Below, one piece after another: positions 19,466 to 29,340 of a DNA stretch of 64,000 nucleotides. How positions within the stretch are numbered: the first letter of the stretch is position 1; the number at the start of each line of letters is the position of its first letter. This stretch comes from Desulfatiglandales bacterium. Lineage in GTDB: Bacteria; Desulfobacterota; DSM-4660; Desulfatiglandales; HGW-15. The translations under genes and the position numbers were made by a program. The notes under the pieces were generated by a model. That model searched no databases, was not told the DNA's origin, and was given only the letters and a program-made list of their open reading frames with translations. The stretch is from positions 288,001-352,000 of the forward strand of contig CAXXJJ010000001.1 in assembly GCA_963667015.2 (NCBI GenBank), read 5' to 3'.

Positions 19466-21430
19466 CTAAAAGGTTACGGCAAACCCTGCCATGAAGTTTA
19501 AATCCGGCATAGGATAGCCTTTTTTCTGTTCATAATATGTGTCAGTAACGTTTTCAACTGCCAGGTATACCTGGCAGTCCATATCGGTATCAGGCAGTAA
19601 AAGGTCATAGCTTATTTTCCCGTTAACAAGAAAATAGGAATCGACCTGATCTACATTGACGGTATTTTCCATCCTTGCCCTGGATGTAACAAACTGTTTA
19701 TCAACATATTGTGTATCTATACTGATCTGGAAATTCCTCATGAACCGGTAATTTACACCTGTGCTGAAGGTCCACTCCGGTGCATAGGGAAGGTCGAACG
19801 GATCAGTGTCCAGGTATGTGAAGCCACCAAAAACCGAAAGCCCTGTTACAGGTATAAAGGAGACGTTGCCTTCAACCCCACTGTGTTTATATTCACCGAT
19901 ATTTGCAAGAACAGGCGGAAATGGAGGCGGCGGAGAAACGACTATCCTGTCCTTTCCATCGTCATAAAACCATGTAAGATCTGCGATGAAATACCTGTTG
20001 AATTTATGCTCAATTCCTATTTCAAAATGATCAAGTATTTCTGCATTAAGCGCCTTCCACCGGTTTTCTCCAGGCATCCAGAGTGTATCCTGTATCTTCG
20101 CATAAATACCGGGGTAATTGATACCTTTACCATATGATGCATGAAGTTTGGTTTCTTTATGGCCAATGACCAGGCCAAGCTGTGGAGCGGTTTCGCTTTC
20201 AAAAATACTGTGGTTCAGGTATCTGACACCTATGGATGGTGTGAAATAAAAATCCTCGCTGTTTCCAAACATATGGCTTATCGCCATGTAGGGAGATACT
20301 ATGCGGAAGGTCTCTTCCGGAAATTCACTGTCACCGGCATCAGGATCATGGAACCTGGCCTTCCCGCTTATATAATCGAGGTCCATGCCCAGGATGATCT
20401 CTCCATTTTCCCAGAATGACACTGTTTCACGGGCCTTTATTCCGTAATTTTGGTAATCGGTCAATGTATCCAGACCCCGAGTTCCTTCCTGATTTACCCA
20501 GTCTATATCTCCGCTGTCATTATAAAGCTTGATATATCCATTTCCCCGGTCGTGGCTGTTTGATATTGTTGCCACGGCAAATGTATCTTCATTGTTAAAT
20601 CTTCCGTCAGGGGGTACTGAGCCGTCAGCCGGCCCTGAGCCGTCAGCCGGCCCCGGATCATCTGCCCAGTTATCTGTGTGGATGAGGGTAAAATCAAAAC
20701 GCCATTCGGTAGTAAAATCGTAGCCTAAATGACAGAAAATGTCCTGGAGTTCTCCATCTGCATTTTTTCTGTGTCCTTCCGAACCCCGGTATCCCCCAAG
20801 AAGGTAATAATCAAATTTCTCAAATTTCCCGCCGTTTTCCAGAGAACTTGAAACAGTGCTGTTTGAGCCGTATGATGATTGAATCCGGGTGTAATAACCT
20901 TTATCTTTCACACGTTTTGACCGGATGTCCACTGCCCCGAATGCCATATTACCGAAAAGCACCGGCTGCGCACCTTTATAGACATCAATCGTGTCAACGA
21001 TGTCCACATTCAGGACGTCCATGAGCGGATGCGTCCATACACTGACAAATTTGGGGATACCATCTATCAGGGTCTGGATCTCTGCTCCCGGACGTGAACT
21101 GCCTTTTCCCCTAATGAAAAGTGCACCGCCCTCTCCACCTCCAAAGCTTCCAACAAGGTTATGTCTTGAGATTACAACCCCCGGAACTCTTCGCAGGGCG
21201 GAAGTAAGATCCATGGCATTAAGATTCACAATCTGTTCCTGTGTCACATGAGTGATTTGACTGCCGAGTCTGTTCACCGCGTTTTCATCAATTATTGCCC
21301 GGGTTGTTACGACTATATCATCAAACTGATAGACTTTGATTTCATCTGCATCGTCTTCTGCAAGGGTATACTGGCTAAAAATCAACAGGTTAATCAATAT
21401 CAGGTACAGAAATTTCCGCTTAACTTTCAT
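19466..21430 (-). CDS. TonB-dependent outer-membrane receptor
   Basis: Signal peptide, DIVVT TonB box, plug motifs (LRRVPGV, LIDGIP, IDVYKGAQPVLFG) and C-terminal Phe. Has a perfect 18-bp in-frame tandem duplication at 20617-20652. Confidence 0.92.
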   Translation of the reverse strand: MKVKRKFLYLILINLLIFSQYTLAEDDADEIKVYQFDDIVVTTRAIIDENAVNRLGSQITHVTQEQIVNLNAMDLTSALRRVPGVVISRHNLVGSFGGGEGGALFIRGKGSSRPGAEIQTLIDGIPKFVSVWTHPLMDVLNVDIVDTIDVYKGAQPVLFGNMAFGAVDIRSKRVKDKGYYTRIQSSYGSNSTVSSSLENGGKFEKFDYYLLGGYRGSEGHRKNADGELQDIFCHLGYDFTTEWRFDFTLIHTDNWADDPGPADGSGPADGSVPPDGRFNNEDTFAVATISNSHDRGNGYIKLYNDSGDIDWVNQEGTRGLDTLTDYQNYGIKARETVSFWENGEIILGMDLDYISGKARFHDPDAGDSEFPEETFRIVSPYMAISHMFGNSEDFYFTPSIGVRYLNHSIFESETAPQLGLVIGHKETKLHASYGKGINYPGIYAKIQDTLWMPGENRWKALNAEILDHFEIGIEHKFNRYFIADLTWFYDDGKDRIVVSPPPPFPPVLANIGEYKHSGVEGNVSFIPVTGLSVFGGFTYLDTDPFDLPYAPEWTFSTGVNYRFMRNFQISIDTQYVDKQFVTSRARMENTVNVDQVDSYFLVNGKISYDLLLPDTDMDCQVYLAVENVTDTYYEQKKGYPMPDLNFMAGFAVTF

Positions 21431-21531
21431 TGTCTCTTTCCTCCTCTAATCCCTGCTTTACATTCATGCTTCAGCATGACTAAGGCTTAAAGACCATAGC
21501 TCCGATATCTGCTGTAAAATCCGGATCAAAT

Positions 21532-21587
21532 AAAAAAAGCCAGGAATTCTTAGCCGGTATACTGACCGGTTAAGCCTTCTTGGCTTT
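21532..21587 (-). terminator. Long hairpin plus U-tract about 100 nt upstream of the TonB receptor (terminator or attenuator)
   Basis: Minus strand AAAGCCAAGAAGGCTTAACCGGT-CAGTAT-ACCGGCTAAGAATTCCTGGCTTTTTTT. Confidence 0.7.
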
Positions 21588-21701
21588 AATAGTTAAATTA
21601 TTCTGCTGTTCTTTCTTTTTTAACGGGCGTAATTTCGTATTACGTCATATTGATTATAACAGCTATAAAAAATTAAGATTTTTGTCAACTCTATATTATG
21701 T

Positions 21702-22574
21702 CTATTCCGAGTCCAGCCCCCAGGATTTGAACATATCCTTGTAAAATTGTGGACGTTCAAAATCAGGTTTTAATGACATGTGCTGTTCCCTGTGGGAATA
21801 CATCTTTCCCCTCTGTTTCAGGCTTGCCATCAGGGCATCCATTCTTTGTCGGGGAACCGCAAGTATCATTTCATCCTCCCTGGCCAGTCCCCTTTGATAT
21901 TCTCCGGGATCAGGGAGAACTACAACATATTTTCCCGTCTTCATCGGATCAACAACCGCATGCCCGCAGGAAGGCAGAAACAATTCTGTACTCACATCAG
22001 ATGCACCTCCGCCAAAGGACAGCGGCAGCAACGTGCCCCTGAGCTGGGCGGGGTTCATATAGATAAGGACAACATCGGGCATAAAGGCGGCACTCTTAAG
22101 AGGAGCTGAAACTATGCCGACATATTTACCGGTCTCGAAACTCATATAGGATTCTGTATAACCACCCACTGATTTTGATTTTTCAACCATGCCATAGGCC
22201 ATAAGTGCAGTAGGACACCAGTGATCTTCCTTTAACATGGCAACTGTTTTTCCTTCCATGCGCGACAGACTGAATGCCTGACACTGGGCCAGGTGGTAGC
22301 CGCCGTCCCTTTTCGGCCGAAAGGAGCCCTGTGGAATATCCGCTTCCTTTTCAAGCATTTTTACTGCAAGCGGATATGTCCTGAGAAGCAGACCGGTTTC
22401 CAGATCTTCTCCATATTTATTAAATGTATTCAAATTGGTTCCGGAATTTTCTTCGCCCGTTGCTGCATGTGCGGCAGTAGCAGTAGAAATAGCCGTACCC
22501 GCTGTTGCAAGGGCTACGGCACCCAGTCCAACTCCCAAAACTTCACGCCTTGTAAATTCATTTTTCACGATCAA
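21702..22574 (-). CDS. DUF169-family protein with twin-arginine (Tat) signal
   Basis: TRREVLGVGLG signal; YPLAVKML, AQCQAFSLSR, DHWCP and PDPGE motifs. Confidence 0.8.
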   Translation of the reverse strand: MIVKNEFTRREVLGVGLGAVALATAGTAISTATAAHAATGEENSGTNLNTFNKYGEDLETGLLLRTYPLAVKMLEKEADIPQGSFRPKRDGGYHLAQCQAFSLSRMEGKTVAMLKEDHWCPTALMAYGMVEKSKSVGGYTESYMSFETGKYVGIVSAPLKSAAFMPDVVLIYMNPAQLRGTLLPLSFGGGASDVSTELFLPSCGHAVVDPMKTGKYVVVLPDPGEYQRGLAREDEMILAVPRQRMDALMASLKQRGKMYSHREQHMSLKPDFERPQFYKDMFKSWGLDSE

Positions 22575-22632
22575 TCCTCCTGTGTTCAGGGTTATTATTC
22601 TATGTTAATCACTGTATTATGACTTTCAAATA

Positions 22633-24354
22633 CTAATTGGAATCCGGTACTCCTGGTCCTTCGGGAACGACCAGGGGTTTATCTGTCAGGTTAACGCTAA
22701 GCGTATGAATCCATTTATAATTACCTTTTACCAGCCTGAAGGTATGTGAATCGGGCATACCGTTTTTCATGTTGCCAAATTTGCAGAATACGTTAACAGA
22801 TCCCATATCTTCATCAACTACAAATGTGCGGCCTACAATGGGAAGTTCCCCAAGAGGAGCAGGTATCCAGCAGGTGTCCTTTTCTTCATTTTTCGTGTTA
22901 GTATACATCCCCCCCTCAAGCCTTGCGCAGGGAACACCTCCAAAAGGCGGGCGGATGCCTTTATCCATAAAAACAAAATCAAAATACTGGTTGGCCGCAT
23001 CAACAAGATCCTGACGGCTTACACGGTCATCAGGAGCAAGCACCGGCCAGTCTTCCGCCGTTGAATACTTGAGGTAATCATCGGCATTAAACAGCCAGTC
23101 CTTTTTGCTGGTAACCAGGCTGTCGATCTCTTTAACCTTTCCCTTGTCAACCTTAAGGCGTGTGCCAAGGACATATTTTTCAGGACCTTCGGTTACTATT
23201 ACTTCCGTAAAGGTCTTGCAGCGAACCGTATCGTAAATACTTTTGTGATGGGCTATTTTCAGGGGAGTGTTCCACATGCCTTTGTCCTGTGTGGTCTCAC
23301 TCATGTCCTCCATATATTTGACTTTTTCAGCAAGTGCCATTTTGGAAAGATCGCCTGCCTCCTGGGCTGCAATATAACTGTCAGTTGCCGCCATCAGCAT
23401 GGCCCTGTCACACTCGGGGTCTGGGTCTGGTTTGTATTCGGGCACTTCTACTTCTTTTCCGGATATATTAACGCTCAGGGTATGAATGTTTCGGTATTTC
23501 CCGTTTACAAGCCTGAATGTATGTGAGTCCGGCATGCCTTTGGCATTGTCTTCAAACAGGCAGTATATATTTACAACACCCATTTCTTCATCAACTACAA
23601 ATGTACGGTTCGAGACAAACATCTCTCCGAGCGGGGCAGGAATCTGACAGGTGTCCTTGTCTTCCATTTTTTCGTTGGTATAGGCTCCACCCTCGAGCCT
23701 TGCACATGGGCTGCCCCATGGCGGTCTTATTCCCTTATCCAGGAAGATAAAATCAAAATACTGGTTGGCTGCATCGACAAGTTCCTGCCTGCTGACACGG
23801 TCGTCAAGTGGAAGGATAGGCCAGTCTTCAGCCTTTGAATATTTGAGATAAGCGTCGGCATCAAACAACCAGTCTTCCTTGTCTGTTACAAGGCTGTCGA
23901 CCTCGGTAATATTTCCGTCGTCTACCGTAAGGCGGGTTCCTACAACATACTGGTGATCGCCTTCGGTGACTATCACTTCGGTAAATGTCTTGCAGCGGGC
24001 AGTATCAAAAATACTACGGTGAAAGGCAATGGGTAATGCCTTATTTATAAGGCTCCTGTCCTTTGTAATCCTGCTGAAATCCTCTTTAAACTTCGCATCC
24101 GCTGAGAGAGACATTTTAGACAGATCTCCAGTTTCCTGGGCGGCAATATAACTTTCGGTAGCGTCTATAAGCATAAACCTTGTACATTCACGTGATGGCG
24201 GGGTATAGGCAAATGGATCTGGCGCTGGTTCTGCCGCCTCTTCTGCCGCAATTGCCTTTGCGGTAAAAGTGCTGTACAGTGAACCGCCATACATTACTGC
24301 ACCCAGAAGGCAACCGCATAACAAGGCTGATATATTCTTTGTTGCTCTGATCAT
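22633..24354 (-). CDS. Secreted protein made of two tandem copies of an uncharacterised domain (DUF8021-like)
   Basis: Two closely similar halves of about 260 aa each, sharing C.R.ML..AT.SYIAAQE.GD, CARLEGG.YT and PDSHTFRLV. Confidence 0.8.
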   Translation of the reverse strand: MIRATKNISALLCGCLLGAVMYGGSLYSTFTAKAIAAEEAAEPAPDPFAYTPPSRECTRFMLIDATESYIAAQETGDLSKMSLSADAKFKEDFSRITKDRSLINKALPIAFHRSIFDTARCKTFTEVIVTEGDHQYVVGTRLTVDDGNITEVDSLVTDKEDWLFDADAYLKYSKAEDWPILPLDDRVSRQELVDAANQYFDFIFLDKGIRPPWGSPCARLEGGAYTNEKMEDKDTCQIPAPLGEMFVSNRTFVVDEEMGVVNIYCLFEDNAKGMPDSHTFRLVNGKYRNIHTLSVNISGKEVEVPEYKPDPDPECDRAMLMAATDSYIAAQEAGDLSKMALAEKVKYMEDMSETTQDKGMWNTPLKIAHHKSIYDTVRCKTFTEVIVTEGPEKYVLGTRLKVDKGKVKEIDSLVTSKKDWLFNADDYLKYSTAEDWPVLAPDDRVSRQDLVDAANQYFDFVFMDKGIRPPFGGVPCARLEGGMYTNTKNEEKDTCWIPAPLGELPIVGRTFVVDEDMGSVNVFCKFGNMKNGMPDSHTFRLVKGNYKWIHTLSVNLTDKPLVVPEGPGVPDSN

Positions 24355-24640
24355 ATGTCCTCCATATCTATTTGTTGAGGTGAAATCCCTTCACCGGGAT
24401 TCAATTTGAAAAAACACAGATGTGTCAATGAAACTGGCTGTACATAGTATTTTGGCTACCTGCCTTTGTCAAGGATTTCACACCTGCATTCAATTATACA
24501 TAGTAACTTTTCGCCTGAAATATTCTTAAATGAGCTGATTTTTGTATTTTAGGAGAAAAGAAATAGAAAAATTGACTTTTATGGATTCTTGACTACTTTA
24601 TTCTAATTAGAGTTTCAATATTGTTTCATGGAGGCTGAAC

Positions 24641-25069
24641 ATGAAAAATTTTCTAATTATTTTTATTGCAGTGCTTTTAATCTCCGGTATCACATATGCG
24701 TCAGGTGAAACATATGACTCATTAAAAGGATCTTTCGGGATGTATGATGTTTCGGCTCAAATGGTTGTTCTAAACAAGATAGAATCACAGACAGATCCGG
24801 AGACGGAAAAAATGACCCTTGGCGGACTGACTCTTAAATTTGATTTTTTCGAAGATGAGCTGGCCCAGGAAAATGGATTACAGGTAGCATATGTTCATTT
24901 TACAGATAATAAAGATAACTATATTCTGACATATCATGTGGATGGAAATAATGTTGTTAAAATTATACTTTTCTCAAAAAACGGCGACTTTATAAATAAA
25001 GAATTATATCCGGACAAAGACCCTGATAAAAAAGAAACCAGCCCTGAGGAGAAAAAACAAGGCCAGTGA
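24641..25069 (+). CDS. Secreted hypothetical protein
   Basis: GGAGG RBS and signal peptide; overlaps the next start (GTGA). Confidence 0.75.
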   Translation: MKNFLIIFIAVLLISGITYASGETYDSLKGSFGMYDVSAQMVVLNKIESQTDPETEKMTLGGLTLKFDFFEDELAQENGLQVAYVHFTDNKDNYILTYHVDGNNVVKIILFSKNGDFINKELYPDKDPDKKETSPEEKKQGQ

Positions 25070-26529
25070 TAATATATGCTCTTATTTCAGCATTGATCTG
25101 GCTTGCGGTTACACTGCTCAGCCATGGTTATCTTGAAACAGGCGGTTTTTTCTTTGACCTCCCAAATGGACAAATGCCCTTTGGGAGGTTTTTTATTTTA
25201 TATGTACTGGCGTTCATACTTTATCTGATCACTGTTATCAAGGTTTCAAGACTTCCGGCAGACAGGCGAAACATATTTATTGTTATTTCCGGGGCAATTG
25301 TCTTCCGCCTGATTCTACTGCCCGGCATTCCAGTCCATGAAAACGACATATATAGATATATCTGGGATGGCAAGGTCTCTAATGCCGGTATCAACCCCTA
25401 TAAATATCCACCGATTCAGGCGAGTATAAAGCCTAATGTCTCTGACTTGGAATCAATGACAGATTCTTCTGCCCTGGAGACAGGTTTAAAACCTGTCTCT
25501 ACAGTGATAAGCTCTGATTTTGAAAAACTAAAAAAGACAAGAGATGACAATTCGAAATTTTACCGGCGTATAAGCTTTAAGGATATTCCTACTGTCTATC
25601 CCCCTTTTGCCCAGGCTGTATTTGCCCTTTCTACCTTTATTGCTCCCGGTTCAATATTTTTTATGAAGTTTCTGTTTGTACTCTTTGATACAGCAGTAAT
25701 TTTTCTGCTGTATATGATTCTGAAAGAGATGAAACAAAATCCCCTTTACGTTGTTGTATATGCGTGGAACCCCCTTGTTCTGAAGGAGTTTGCCAATTCC
25801 GGGCATTATGATTCTCTTGCCATTTGCTGTGTTATGCTTGCGGTGTACCTGATGTTAAAAAAGAGATATATTTTTTCTTCTATCTCGCTGGGGCTCGGGG
25901 TTTTGTCAAAGTTTTACCCGATAATTTTTATTCCTTTTTTCCTGATTAAAAAACAATATAAAGCTGTTCCTGTCAGCCTGGCTGTTATTGGAGCAGGGTA
26001 CCTGCCTTTCTTTATCTGGGGAAAAACTGGTCTGAGGTCAGTTTTTGCTGGCTTTGGCACATATACCCGGGAGTGGGCAAATAATGGATTTATCTTTAGT
26101 ATCATCCACGCACTGACTGCAATCTTTGTTTATGATCCTTACATTTTATCAAGAATCTTATGCGGCACTATTTTCGTGATTATCTGGATATTCATTTATT
26201 TCAATAAACAGGATCTTCCGGGAAAGATGTTTTGGGCCCTGACTGCAATGTTTCTTCTTTCTCCTGTCGGCGATCCCTGGTACTTCTGCTGGGTGATTCC
26301 ATTTTTGTGTATCTACAGACAGTTCAGCCTGATTATCCTTTCAGGTCTGCTGATATTGCATTACTTTATTTTTACCCGTGATTTTGGTGCAGTTCATATC
26401 GGGAGCTTTAAAATTGTTAACCTGCTTCTGATGCAGTATGTGCCGTTTTTTCTGTTTTTTATAATTGAGGGGCGCTTCAAATATGGTATTTATAGTAAAT
26501 TAAATCACATGAAACCGAAATCACTGTAG
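25066..26529 (+). CDS. GT-C membrane glycosyltransferase (GT87/DUF2029-like)
   Basis: NDIYRYIWDG, GINPY, TVYPP, YAWNPL, SGHYD and PWY motifs; many TM helices. Confidence 0.85.
   Translation: MIIYALISALIWLAVTLLSHGYLETGGFFFDLPNGQMPFGRFFILYVLAFILYLITVIKVSRLPADRRNIFIVISGAIVFRLILLPGIPVHENDIYRYIWDGKVSNAGINPYKYPPIQASIKPNVSDLESMTDSSALETGLKPVSTVISSDFEKLKKTRDDNSKFYRRISFKDIPTVYPPFAQAVFALSTFIAPGSIFFMKFLFVLFDTAVIFLLYMILKEMKQNPLYVVVYAWNPLVLKEFANSGHYDSLAICCVMLAVYLMLKKRYIFSSISLGLGVLSKFYPIIFIPFFLIKKQYKAVPVSLAVIGAGYLPFFIWGKTGLRSVFAGFGTYTREWANNGFIFSIIHALTAIFVYDPYILSRILCGTIFVIIWIFIYFNKQDLPGKMFWALTAMFLLSPVGDPWYFCWVIPFLCIYRQFSLIILSGLLILHYFIFTRDFGAVHIGSFKIVNLLLMQYVPFFLFFIIEGRFKYGIYSKLNHMKPKSL
25476..25502. repeat. 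REP-like palindrome inside the glycosyltransferase CDS
   Basis: GGAGACAGGTTT-A-AAACCTGTCTCTAC; the CTAC end reads GTAG on the other strand. Confidence 0.7.
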
Positions 26530-26553
26530 GGGCACGCCGCAGTGTGCCCCTAC
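26526..26553. repeat. GTAG-type REP palindrome overlapping the GT stop codon
   Basis: GTAGGGGCAC-GCCGCAGT-GTGCCCCTAC. Confidence 0.85.
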
Positions 26554-26601
26554 AAAATCATTTTCCGCCAAAACTATAATACAGTACTTCTTAAAATTTA
26601 T

Positions 26602-27165
26602 ATGAATAATAAACTCCAAAACAAAAAACGACGTTCCATTCGCCTAAAAGGATATGATTATTCAGCGTCAGGTTTGTATTTTATTACCATATGCACATGG
26701 AAACATTTGCATCTGTTCGGTGAGATAGAAGATGATCTGATGGTCTTATATAGATATGGCAAAACAGCTGAACATGAATGGCAAAGAACAGACGAATTAA
26801 GGAATAATATAAAATTACATGAATTTGTAATTATGCCAAACCATTTGCATGGCATAATCGAAATAATTAATTACCACGGCGTAGATCGTAGGGGCACGGC
26901 GCACCGTGCCCAAATAACAGGAGGATGCACACCACAAAAAGAACAATTTGGAAAGCCATCCCCAAATTCCATCCCAACCATTATCCGAAGTTACAAGAGT
27001 GCAGTTACAAAAAATATCAGGGAACAGGAAAATAATCCCGATTTAAATATATGGCAGAGAAATTACTATGAACACATAATTCGAAATGAAGAATCATATC
27101 TGAAAATTTCCGAATATATTTTGACCAATCCTTTGAAATGGAGATTGGATAAATATTTTGGATGA
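26602..27165 (+). CDS. REP-associated tyrosine transposase (RAYT, Y1 HUH family)
   Basis: RRSIRLKGYDYS, YFITIC, VIMPNHLHGI, WQRNYYEHIIR and YILTNP motifs; flanked by GTAG REPs. Confidence 0.92.
   Translation: MNNKLQNKKRRSIRLKGYDYSASGLYFITICTWKHLHLFGEIEDDLMVLYRYGKTAEHEWQRTDELRNNIKLHEFVIMPNHLHGIIEIINYHGVDRRGTAHRAQITGGCTPQKEQFGKPSPNSIPTIIRSYKSAVTKNIREQENNPDLNIWQRNYYEHIIRNEESYLKISEYILTNPLKWRLDKYFG
26888..26911. repeat. REP copy inside the RAYT coding sequence
   Basis: GTAGGGGCACGG-CGCA-CCGTGCCC. Confidence 0.8.
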
Positions 27166-27191
27166 ACGGTCATGGTGGTTTGACACTTAAT

Positions 27192-27279
27192 GGGCACAGC
27201 GCGCTGTGCCCCTACTGTGGATAGGCAAACCTAATTAGATATTTGCAGAACCATTGTAGGGGCACTACGCATCGTGCTC
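27192..27279. repeat. Two further REP copies downstream of RAYT
   Basis: GGGCACAGCGCGCTGTGCCCCTAC (27192-27215) and GTAGGGGCACTACGCATCGTGCTC (27256-27279). Confidence 0.8.
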
Positions 27280-27344
27280 TTTCGGGTAGATAGCAACAAA
27301 ATAATCATAAAGCGTAATGACAATACATCAGTCCGGGACCTGCA

Positions 27345-28037
27345 ATGTATAAAAACAATAAAATATCAGTAATAATCCCTGCATTAAACGAAGAAAAGTC
27401 TATCCAACTGGCAATAAATGATCTACCGAAGGATATTGTGGATGAGATCATTGTGGTGGATAACGGCAGCAGTGACAACACACTACTTGTTGCAGAAAAG
27501 GCAGGCGCAAAGGTTGTAAGGGAAAATATTAAAGGTTATGGTGCAGCCTGCCAGAGGGGGATTAGCAGCGCCGAATCCCCGGATATAATCGTTATCCTGG
27601 ATGCTGATTACAGTGATTATCCTGACAGAATAAGCCTGCTGCTTGATCCCATTGTGGACCATGGTTTTGATATGGTCCTGGGGTCGAGAACCCTGGGGAA
27701 TGTTGAAAAAGGCTCGCTGACTTTCCCTCAAATTTTTGGAAACAGGCTTGCAACATTTTTGATCGCCATAGTCACAGGCTTTAAATACACGGACATGGGG
27801 CCTTTCCGGGCGATCAGGGCACAAAAACTGAAAATTCTCCATATGACAGATAAAAATTACGGCTGGAATGTTGAAATGCAGATAAAGGCCGTAAAACAGG
27901 GATTGAAAATTAAAGAGGTCCCTGTGGATTACAGAAACCGTATAGGAACCTCGAAAATAAGCGGTACAGTATCAGGAGTAATAAAGGCCGGATTCAAGAT
28001 TATCTATTCTGTTTTCAAATATGCTATTAAAAAATAG
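27345..28037 (+). CDS. Glycosyltransferase family 2 (polyprenol-phosphate glycosyltransferase-like)
   Basis: SVIIPALNEE, VVDNGSSD, LDADYSD and TDMGPFRAIR motifs. Confidence 0.92.
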   Translation: MYKNNKISVIIPALNEEKSIQLAINDLPKDIVDEIIVVDNGSSDNTLLVAEKAGAKVVRENIKGYGAACQRGISSAESPDIIVILDADYSDYPDRISLLLDPIVDHGFDMVLGSRTLGNVEKGSLTFPQIFGNRLATFLIAIVTGFKYTDMGPFRAIRAQKLKILHMTDKNYGWNVEMQIKAVKQGLKIKEVPVDYRNRIGTSKISGTVSGVIKAGFKIIYSVFKYAIKK

Positions 28038-28224
28038 ATATGAGAGATATGTATTATTCTTACCATAACCGGAAATAGCTTACACAGTTTTTAGGCATTA
28101 GTTTACACACTTTATTTTTATTTCCAAATATCTTTGATATTACCTCAAGCAATACACAGGTATAACTAATTGATATTTATTGATATTAATTTTTAATTGA
28201 AATTATTTCACGCTCTGTAATAAT

Positions 28225-28240
28225 TGGCATCACTCTTGCT
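28225..28240 (+). promoter_or_regulatory. Sigma54 promoter, copy 1 (no ORF downstream)
   Basis: TGGCAT-CACTC-TTGCT with upstream TTACAC/TTTACA motifs. Confidence 0.8.
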
Positions 28241-28350
28241 TTATACTTCTTTAAAATTTGATAACCGATATAAAAACTCCTCCAAGGTTAAGTGTTGGCC
28301 TGTCAAATTTTAAAAAGTAATTATTGATCTGATCAATCAATAAAAACCCG

Positions 28351-28383
28351 AAAAAGCAGGGTCTTTTAGACCCTGCTTTTTTT
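28351..28383 (+). terminator. Intrinsic terminator, copy 1
   Basis: AAAAAGCAGGGTCT-TTT-AGACCCTGCTTTTTTT. Confidence 0.9.
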
Positions 28384-28655
28384 ATGATTCCTGTAATACA
28401 AAATCATGTTTAATTCCGGATGTATGATGAATATGAGAAGCCTGATTTTTAGAATATACCCGCAATAATGAGATGGAAAATGTATGTATTTTCCTTACCA
28501 TATGGGAAACGGATTACATAGTTTTTTGGTAAAGTTTTACAAAGTGCGGTTTGTAATTTAAAAGCATTCGATTTCCCTGTAAATAACACAGCTGTAACAT
28601 ATTGGATTTTATTGATAAATATATTTTATTAAATTAATTAAGTCCCTGTAATAAT

Positions 28656-28671
28656 TGGCATCTCTCTTGCT
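28656..28671 (+). promoter_or_regulatory. Sigma54 promoter, copy 2, driving the PEP-CTERM gene
   Basis: TGGCAT-CTCTC-TTGCT; sigma54/enhancer control is typical of PEP-CTERM genes. Confidence 0.85.
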
Positions 28672-28753
28672 TTATCAAGAACCAAATGAAAGTAATCAAC
28701 AACAGTAGTTGGTGAATATTATAAACATGTAGCAAGCTTTGGGGAGGAATATT

Positions 28754-29311
28754 ATGAAAAAATTTTTATTGTTTTTATTTTGTATATTTTTATTGTTATC
28801 GTTTAATGCCAGCGCCCTAACCATAGATCCATCGCTCGATGATGAGGAATATTGCTGGGATCTACTTATGACTGGAACTGAAACAAGCGTACCCAAAATT
28901 TATGATGAGATTGGAAATACTGCTGTCTCCGCAGATACTGAGCTCTATAAAATCGAGATAGAAGAAGGAGCGTTCACAGAATCAGGTTCATTAGCAGGTA
29001 ACTACTCCGGCGAATTGGTAGACGATTCTAGCTGGGCTAATATCACTTATGATGAAGGGATAGCTGCTGATTTTGCGACATACCTCCTAGTGAAAGACGG
29101 CAATCATAGTCCAGCTTGGTATTTATATGACATATCATGTTGGAACGGCATTGACTCTCTTAATCTAACAGGATTTTGGCCTGATGGTGGTGGAATTTCG
29201 CATGTTTCCCTTTATGGAACTGGGGCACCAGTCCCTGAACCAGCAACAATGCTTCTTCTTGGCTCAGGGTTAGTTGGCCTCGCAGGATTTAGAAGAAAAT
29301 TTAAAAAGTAA
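28754..29311 (+). CDS. PEP-CTERM (exosortase target) surface protein
   Basis: Signal peptide and C-terminal VPEPATMLLLGSGLVGLAGFRRKFKK. Confidence 0.95.
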   Translation: MKKFLLFLFCIFLLLSFNASALTIDPSLDDEEYCWDLLMTGTETSVPKIYDEIGNTAVSADTELYKIEIEEGAFTESGSLAGNYSGELVDDSSWANITYDEGIAADFATYLLVKDGNHSPAWYLYDISCWNGIDSLNLTGFWPDGGGISHVSLYGTGAPVPEPATMLLLGSGLVGLAGFRRKFKK

Positions 29312-29340
29312 ATATTGATCTGATCAATCAATAAAACCCG

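Noticed and set aside
21430..21700. Cobalamin riboswitch upstream of the TonB receptor
   Set aside because: No B12-box-like sequence (GGGAA...GCCACTG...GGGAAG) was recognisable on the minus strand.
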